Source: Archangium sp.
GTDB taxonomy: Bacteria > Myxococcota > Myxococcia > Myxococcales > Myxococcaceae
Length of the DNA: 11,317 nt
Direction: 5' to 3'
Assembly: GCA_031367385.1 (NCBI GenBank)
Contig: JANLPS010000245.1
Coordinates: forward strand, 1 to 11,317
The stretch's first letter is position 1. Each line of letters starts with the position of its first letter. Shown in pieces: positions 7,125 to 11,317 of the stretch. Under the pieces are notes generated by a model. The model was given only the letters and a program-made list of their open reading frames with translations, was not told where the DNA came from and did no database searches. A program made the translations under genes and the position numbers.

Positions 7125-8225
7125 GTGTCGCTCAAGCACCAACCGATTTTACCTGACTTGCCGATTCGCCAGGTCGGCGACATGGGTCTCAAAGAGCTCG
7201 AACGAATTCGCCTGATTCTGCGCGGCGGCTCGGTGATCGAGTGGCGCCGCATGCACTTCACGACGTGGGACGAGGTCGATCGTTTCTTGCGGCTGTGCCA
7301 GATCGACCCGACCCGAAAGCATGACGAAGAGTGGGTGCGAACGATCTTGGCCGACGCGGTCGAGTACCTGCGAAAGACCTTCAACTACAAAGTCGCCGAC
7401 GCGGTGGCCACGCCGAACATGATTCACGATCTGTTCTTGTTCGCCTCTGGGCAGATCGACAAGAAATACCGAAAAATCGCCTGCATCGTGCTGAAGGTGA
7501 TGCACGTGATTCAGCACATCGAAGCGCGTGATCTGCTGTTCAAGATTGCGGTGTCTGAGGCCGAGCTCGCGCAGCTGAGCGCCGAGCGGGTGGTGGCGGT
7601 GATTGAAGAGGCGAAGGCGAAGGGGCTGCCGATCGTCGACTTCTCTGATTCGATCAAGACCCGCGAGTCGGTGATCACCAAGCTCATCGCCAAGAAAGAG
7701 TCGACTGCCACGACGGTGTACGACCGCACGCGCTTTCGGGTGATCGTCAAAGAGCGCTCAGACATCATACCCACGCTGTATTTTCTGACGCAGCGGTTGA
7801 TACCGTTCAACTTCGTCGTGCCGACGCAGACCGAGAATTCGTTGTTTCGGTTCAAAGATCTGGTCGCGCAGTACCCGAACTTTCGACGCTTCGCGAAGAA
7901 GCTGCACCTCGACGTCGACTACGAAGAGCGCATGGAGGCCAAGCGGGGCAACTCGTTCTCGGGCTCGACGTACCAGATTCTCAACTTCGTCGCCGACGTG
8001 CCGATTCGGCTCGATCAGTACCTGCCTCCGCCCGAGCAAGATGAGCGCGCGCGCAAGGGCCGGGTCACGCTGGCGACGTGCGAATTTCAAATCGCCGACG
8101 AGAAGCAGGCCGTCGAGAACGACAAGGGCGAGAACTCGCACGAGCGCTACAAGAACCGGCAGCGTACGGTGGTGCTCAAGCGGTTGTCGCGCGGGCTGGT
8201 CGTGCCCAAGAAGAGCGAAGACTAG
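7125..8225 (+). CDS. TIGR04552/TIGR04562-family protein with RelA/SpoT synthetase-like nucleotidyltransferase motifs
   Basis: The N-terminal LERIRLILRGGSVIEWRRMHF is characteristic of the myxobacterial TIGR04552 family. RSH-like motifs are SIKTRESVITKL, YDRTRFRVIV, YQILN, EFQI and GENSHERYK. The start is uncertain (TTG 7107, GTG 7125 or ATG 7182) and there is no clear RBS. Confidence 0.8.
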   Translation: MSLKHQPILPDLPIRQVGDMGLKELERIRLILRGGSVIEWRRMHFTTWDEVDRFLRLCQIDPTRKHDEEWVRTILADAVEYLRKTFNYKVADAVATPNMIHDLFLFASGQIDKKYRKIACIVLKVMHVIQHIEARDLLFKIAVSEAELAQLSAERVVAVIEEAKAKGLPIVDFSDSIKTRESVITKLIAKKESTATTVYDRTRFRVIVKERSDIIPTLYFLTQRLIPFNFVVPTQTENSLFRFKDLVAQYPNFRRFAKKLHLDVDYEERMEAKRGNSFSGSTYQILNFVADVPIRLDQYLPPPEQDERARKGRVTLATCEFQIADEKQAVENDKGENSHERYKNRQRTVVLKRLSRGLVVPKKSED

Positions 8226-9259
8226 GCGGCGCTCGCGTGCTCGAGCTCGAGGCTCGGGGTGAAGGGCGTGGCGCCGGGCAGCTCCGAGGCGATTCGGGCG
8301 ATCAGGTGGTCGAATGAATCGAGCTTCGAGAACACGGCGGTGGCCAGGCCCGGTGCCGCCAGCGAGTCAAGCTCGTCGCGGCTCGCGGCCGAGAAGAGAA
8401 ACAACTTGAGCGCCGACTCACCACCGTTGTTGCGAACGCGCTCGATCAGGCCACGGCCATCGATGTTGGGCATGTGCAAGTCGATGATCGCCAGGTCGAG
8501 CTCGAAGAAACCGTCGATGAGCTTGTTGAGCCCCTCGCGGCCGTCGGAGGCGAGCTGGACGTCGACTCCGAGCCGGGTGAGCGCGCGGGCGAGAGTGGAG
8601 CGCCAGATCGCTTCGTCGTCGACCACCAGCACTTTGGGCCGGCGCTGCCGATAGGCCTCGAGAAGGCTGATGATGGGCCCCAGTTGGTGGGGGTCGCTGA
8701 ATTGAACGCCGACTCCGGTGGGCGCGCAGTGAACGACCTCGGCATCGAGGCGAATGGTCTGAGCGTTCGGCAGGGTCAAGCGAAGCTCGACGCGTGAGCG
8801 CATCGCCGGTTGGGTCTCGCAACGAATGAAGAGGCCGCCCCGAGAGATGTCAGAGGCGTACTGGGCCGCCAGTGATGGGAGGTTCTCGAAGGCGACCTCG
8901 AGCACGGTGTCGAAGCGCGGGAGTTGCCGGGGCGCTCCGGGCGGCGTGGCGATGGCGCGGCCTTGCTTGCGCTTGCGCGCGTGAAGATCGATCAGCTTCG
9001 AGAGTGCGGGGCCCGGCTCGATTTGCGCCCAGAAGCCGACGGGTGAGCGCACAGGCATCGGGCGCTGAACCACGCGTGCTCGTTGGCCGTCGAATGAATG
9101 CCCGTCGACGATGAAGGTGAGCAGAAACTCGTCGGCGACTGGGCGGCGAGGCGTTGGGATGAAGAGCGAGCCCTCGGCGATGTGGCGGGCCCAGCGGGTG
9201 AGGAGCGCGTCGAAATCGGAGAGCTCGAGGGCCACGGATTGCGTCGGCGTGGTTCGCAT
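8222..9259 (-). CDS. Tandem PilZ-like (TIGR02266-type) domains plus C-terminal response-regulator receiver (345 aa)
   Basis: A degenerate N-terminal PilZ-like unit (HIAEGSLFIP...ARVV...GFWAQI) precedes a second PilZ with RQLPR (RxxxR), DISRGG (DxSxxG) and AEVVH...GVGVQF. The receiver has KVLVVDDE, IIDLHMPNIDG (phospho-Asp), FLFSA and VFSK. Confidence 0.88.
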   Translation of the reverse strand: MRTTPTQSVALELSDFDALLTRWARHIAEGSLFIPTPRRPVADEFLLTFIVDGHSFDGQRARVVQRPMPVRSPVGFWAQIEPGPALSKLIDLHARKRKQGRAIATPPGAPRQLPRFDTVLEVAFENLPSLAAQYASDISRGGLFIRCETQPAMRSRVELRLTLPNAQTIRLDAEVVHCAPTGVGVQFSDPHQLGPIISLLEAYRQRRPKVLVVDDEAIWRSTLARALTRLGVDVQLASDGREGLNKLIDGFFELDLAIIDLHMPNIDGRGLIERVRNNGGESALKLFLFSAASRDELDSLAAPGLATAVFSKLDSFDHLIARIASELPGATPFTPSLELEHASAA

Positions 9260-9339
9260 TGGAGCCTGCAGTCGTACCGAGCCGCGACCAGACGATCAAA
9301 GGGTCGGGTCAGCCTCTGAGTCGCCACCGCGTCGGCGAC

Positions 9340-9400
9340 GTGAAATGACCCCACCGCGAGCATTTGAAATCGAGATTGAAACGACGTAACTGATTGAAAT
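9340..9400. repeat. Short direct repeats (T/G)TGAAA in the divergent promoter region
   Basis: GTGAAA at 9340, and TTGAAA at 9364, 9376 and 9394, in an AT-rich patch just 5' of the tRNA. Confidence 0.45.
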
Positions 9401-9404
9401 TAAA

Positions 9405-9490
9405 GCGAGAGTGGCGGAATGGTATACGCAGCGGACTTAAAATCCGCAGGCCCTCATAAGGCCGTACGGGTTCAAGTCCCGTCTCTCGCA
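9405..9490 (+). tRNA. trnL: tRNA-Leu (anticodon TAA, reads UUA); CCA not encoded
   Basis: Acceptor stem GCGAGAG/CTCTCGC with discriminator A9490; D-arm TGGCGGAATGGTATACGC; anticodon stem GCGGA/TCCGC with loop CTTAAAA (TAA at 9438-9440); long variable arm GGCC-ctcataa-GGCC; T-arm ACGGG-TTCAAGT-CCCGT. Confidence 0.97.
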
Positions 9491-9498
9491 CTTGGTTG

Positions 9499-9528
9499 CG
9501 GCGTGGGCTTCGATTTTTGCCCGCGCCG
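9499..9528 (+). other. GC-rich hairpin after the tRNA (processing or pause structure; no U-tract follows)
   Basis: CGGCGTGGGC/GCCCGCGCCG 10-bp stem with loop TTCGATTTTT. Confidence 0.5.
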
Positions 9529-9591
9529 GCGACGACGGCGGCACGCGAAGTGATGGCCGTTCGGCTCCGGCTGTTGTAACCCGCCCAGGCC

Positions 9592-11247
9592 ATGCTCGAG
9601 ACCGTCACGAAGGGCTTCCGCGCCGCGAAGAATCGCCTGTTGGGCAAAGCCGAAATCACGCCGGAGCTCGTTGACGAGTCGCTGCGAGACATTCGAGTTG
9701 CGTTGCTCGAGGCCGACGTGTCGTTCGATGTGGTGAAGAAGTTCGTCGCCCGGGTTCGCGAGAAGGCCGTCGGCGAAACCGTCGCGACGACGCTCACCGG
9801 CAAGGGCGGCCGCAAAGTGAAGGTCTCGGCCGGAGACCACTTCGTCAAGATCTGCCACGACGAGCTCGAAGCGTTGATGGGGCCGGTCGATACGGCCCTC
9901 ACGCTCAAGGGCAAGGGGCAGGTCAGCGGCATCATGATGGTCGGCTTGCAGGGGTCTGGTAAGACCACCACCACCGGCAAGCTGGCGAACACGCTGAAAA
10001 AACAGGGCCGCTCGGTCTTGCTGGTCGCGGCCGACATCTACCGCCCTGCCGCCGTCGACCAGCTGAAGGTCTTGGGCGAGAAGCTCGGCGTGCCCGTCTT
10101 TCACGAGGCCGGGTTGCAGCCGCCGGAGATGGCGCGCAAGGCCTACGACAAGGCCAAGGCCGAGAAGATCGACACGGTGATCATCGACACCGCCGGTCGG
10201 CTGGCGATCGACGAGCCGTTGATGGCCGAGCTGCTGGCGATCAAGTCGATGGTCTCGCCCGACAACATCTTGTTGGTGTGCGACTCGATGATCGGCCAAG
10301 ACGCGGTTCGCACGGCCGACGCGTTCAATCAGCGAATCGGCATCGACGGGTTCATTCTCACCAAGCTCGACGGTGACGCCCGTGGTGGCGCCGCGTTGTC
10401 GATCAAAGAGGTCACCGGCAAGCCGATCAAGTTTCTCGGCATGGGCGAAGGCCTCGACAAGCTCGAAGAGTTTCGGCCAGACGGGTTGGCGAGCCGCATC
10501 TTGGGCTTCGGCGACGTCGTCGGGCTGATGAAAGACTTCGAGGGTGTCGTCGATGAGCAGAAGGCCGAAGACGACGCGAAGAAGCTGCTCTCGGGTCGCT
10601 TCAACATGCGCGATTTCGTCGAGCAGATTCAAACGGTTCGCAAGATGGGGTCGCTCAAAGACCTGCTCGAGAAGATGCCGTTGTTCGGCGAGATGACCGA
10701 GAACATGAACGTCGACGAAGGCCGGCTCGACATCATCGAGTCGATCTTCAACTCGATGACCGAGCAAGAGCGCCTCGAGCCGCACCGCATCAACAAGCCG
10801 CGAATGGAGCGCATCGCCAAAGGCTCGGGGCGCAAGCCGAACGAGATCAGCGACCTGATGCAGCAGTTCACGATGATGCAGCAGATGATGGGCAACATCG
10901 GTCAGAACCCGGGGCTGCTCGGTCGGCTGCCGTTCTTCAAAGACCTGGGAGCGCTCAGCAACCTGAAGAACATGGACCTCTCGTCGATCTTCGGGAAGGA
11001 CCCGATGATGGCGCAGGCGCTCCAGGGCATGGGCGGTATGCCGGGCATGGGTGGCATGCAGATGCCGCAAATGCCTCAGATGGCGCCCGGGTACACTCCG
11101 CCGATGAGCCAGGCGCAGCTCGCCAAGGCCCGGTTGCAGGGCTACTCGATGGGGCCCCAGAAGAGCGGCCAGACCGACGAGGAGCGAAAGGCCCTCAAGG
11201 AGCGCCGCAAGCGCGAGAAGGCCAACAAGAAGAAGAACCGCCGCTAA
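9592..11247 (+). CDS. ffh: Signal recognition particle protein Ffh (SRP54), 551 aa
   Basis: The N domain has ALLEADV. SRP GTPase motifs are GLQGSGKTTT, DIYRPAA, DTAGR and TKLDGDARGG. The Met-rich M domain contains SMTEQER...RMERIAKGSG, followed by a Met/Gly/Pro-rich and basic C-terminal tail. Confidence 0.98.
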   Translation: MLETVTKGFRAAKNRLLGKAEITPELVDESLRDIRVALLEADVSFDVVKKFVARVREKAVGETVATTLTGKGGRKVKVSAGDHFVKICHDELEALMGPVDTALTLKGKGQVSGIMMVGLQGSGKTTTTGKLANTLKKQGRSVLLVAADIYRPAAVDQLKVLGEKLGVPVFHEAGLQPPEMARKAYDKAKAEKIDTVIIDTAGRLAIDEPLMAELLAIKSMVSPDNILLVCDSMIGQDAVRTADAFNQRIGIDGFILTKLDGDARGGAALSIKEVTGKPIKFLGMGEGLDKLEEFRPDGLASRILGFGDVVGLMKDFEGVVDEQKAEDDAKKLLSGRFNMRDFVEQIQTVRKMGSLKDLLEKMPLFGEMTENMNVDEGRLDIIESIFNSMTEQERLEPHRINKPRMERIAKGSGRKPNEISDLMQQFTMMQQMMGNIGQNPGLLGRLPFFKDLGALSNLKNMDLSSIFGKDPMMAQALQGMGGMPGMGGMQMPQMPQMAPGYTPPMSQAQLAKARLQGYSMGPQKSGQTDEERKALKERRKREKANKKKNRR

Positions 11248-11259
11248 CGGCAATGCTGG

Positions 11260-11316
11260 TCATTTAGCAGCGGGGCGCTGGACCCATTTCTTGTCGTAAG
11301 CGCTCATCTTGATCTT
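11260..11316 (-). CDS. Probable 3' end of a convergent gene entering from the right edge (...KIKMSAYDKKWVQRPAAK*)
   Basis: The minus-strand frame is open from the edge, with genome-typical codons (AAG ATC AAG ATG AGC GCT TAC GAC AAG), and stops at TGA 12 bp from the ffh stop. Only 18 codons are visible. Confidence 0.45.
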   Translation of the reverse strand, partial: KIKMSAYDKKWVQRPAAK

Positions 11317-11317
11317 C

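Noticed and set aside
9364..9400. ATTGAAAC/ATTGAAAT resemble the 3' end of CRISPR repeats
   Set aside because: The units are only 7-8 bp with 12-18 bp spacing. There is no 25-40 bp repeat/spacer periodicity and no cas gene.
9405..9490. tRNA as an integration site for a genomic island
   Set aside because: I found no duplicated tRNA 3' end, integrase or compositional shift in the window, and the flanking genes look like core chromosome.
9491..9591. Possible SRP RNA (ffs) next to ffh
   Set aside because: There is no helix-8 GGAA tetraloop or CAGG/AGCA internal-loop motif.
9472..11253. Long antisense ORFs (593 aa opposite ffh; also 264-1457, 2649-3566, 3576-4550)
   Set aside because: These are shadow ORFs produced by high-GC codon bias on the reverse of well-supported genes, with no recognisable domains.

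Overview
GC-rich myxobacterial (Myxococcota-like) chromosomal segment. The + strand carries, in order: the 3' part of the giant TPR gliding-motility gene agmK/gltI; agmX/gltJ (zinc ribbon-GYF-TM-Pro-rich-TonB_C-like); a DUF5684-type membrane protein; a Cys-rich repeat lipoprotein; a secreted MORN_2/YwqK-like protein; and a TIGR04552-type protein of unknown function. A convergent tandem-PilZ + receiver gene follows on the - strand, then tRNA-Leu(UAA) and ffh on the + strand, and probably the tail of a convergent gene at the right edge. I found no mobile element or CRISPR array. The most notable observation is that the TIGR04552-type protein shows the ordered motif series of a RelA/SpoT (RSH) synthetase domain, with specific substitutions. 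It shares a CTAG stop-codon palindrome with a probable c-di-GMP-binding PilZ-REC gene, and it carries the only in-frame TTA codon I found in the window, about 2.2 kb from the cognate tRNA-Leu(UAA). Family assignments come from motif recognition, not database searches.
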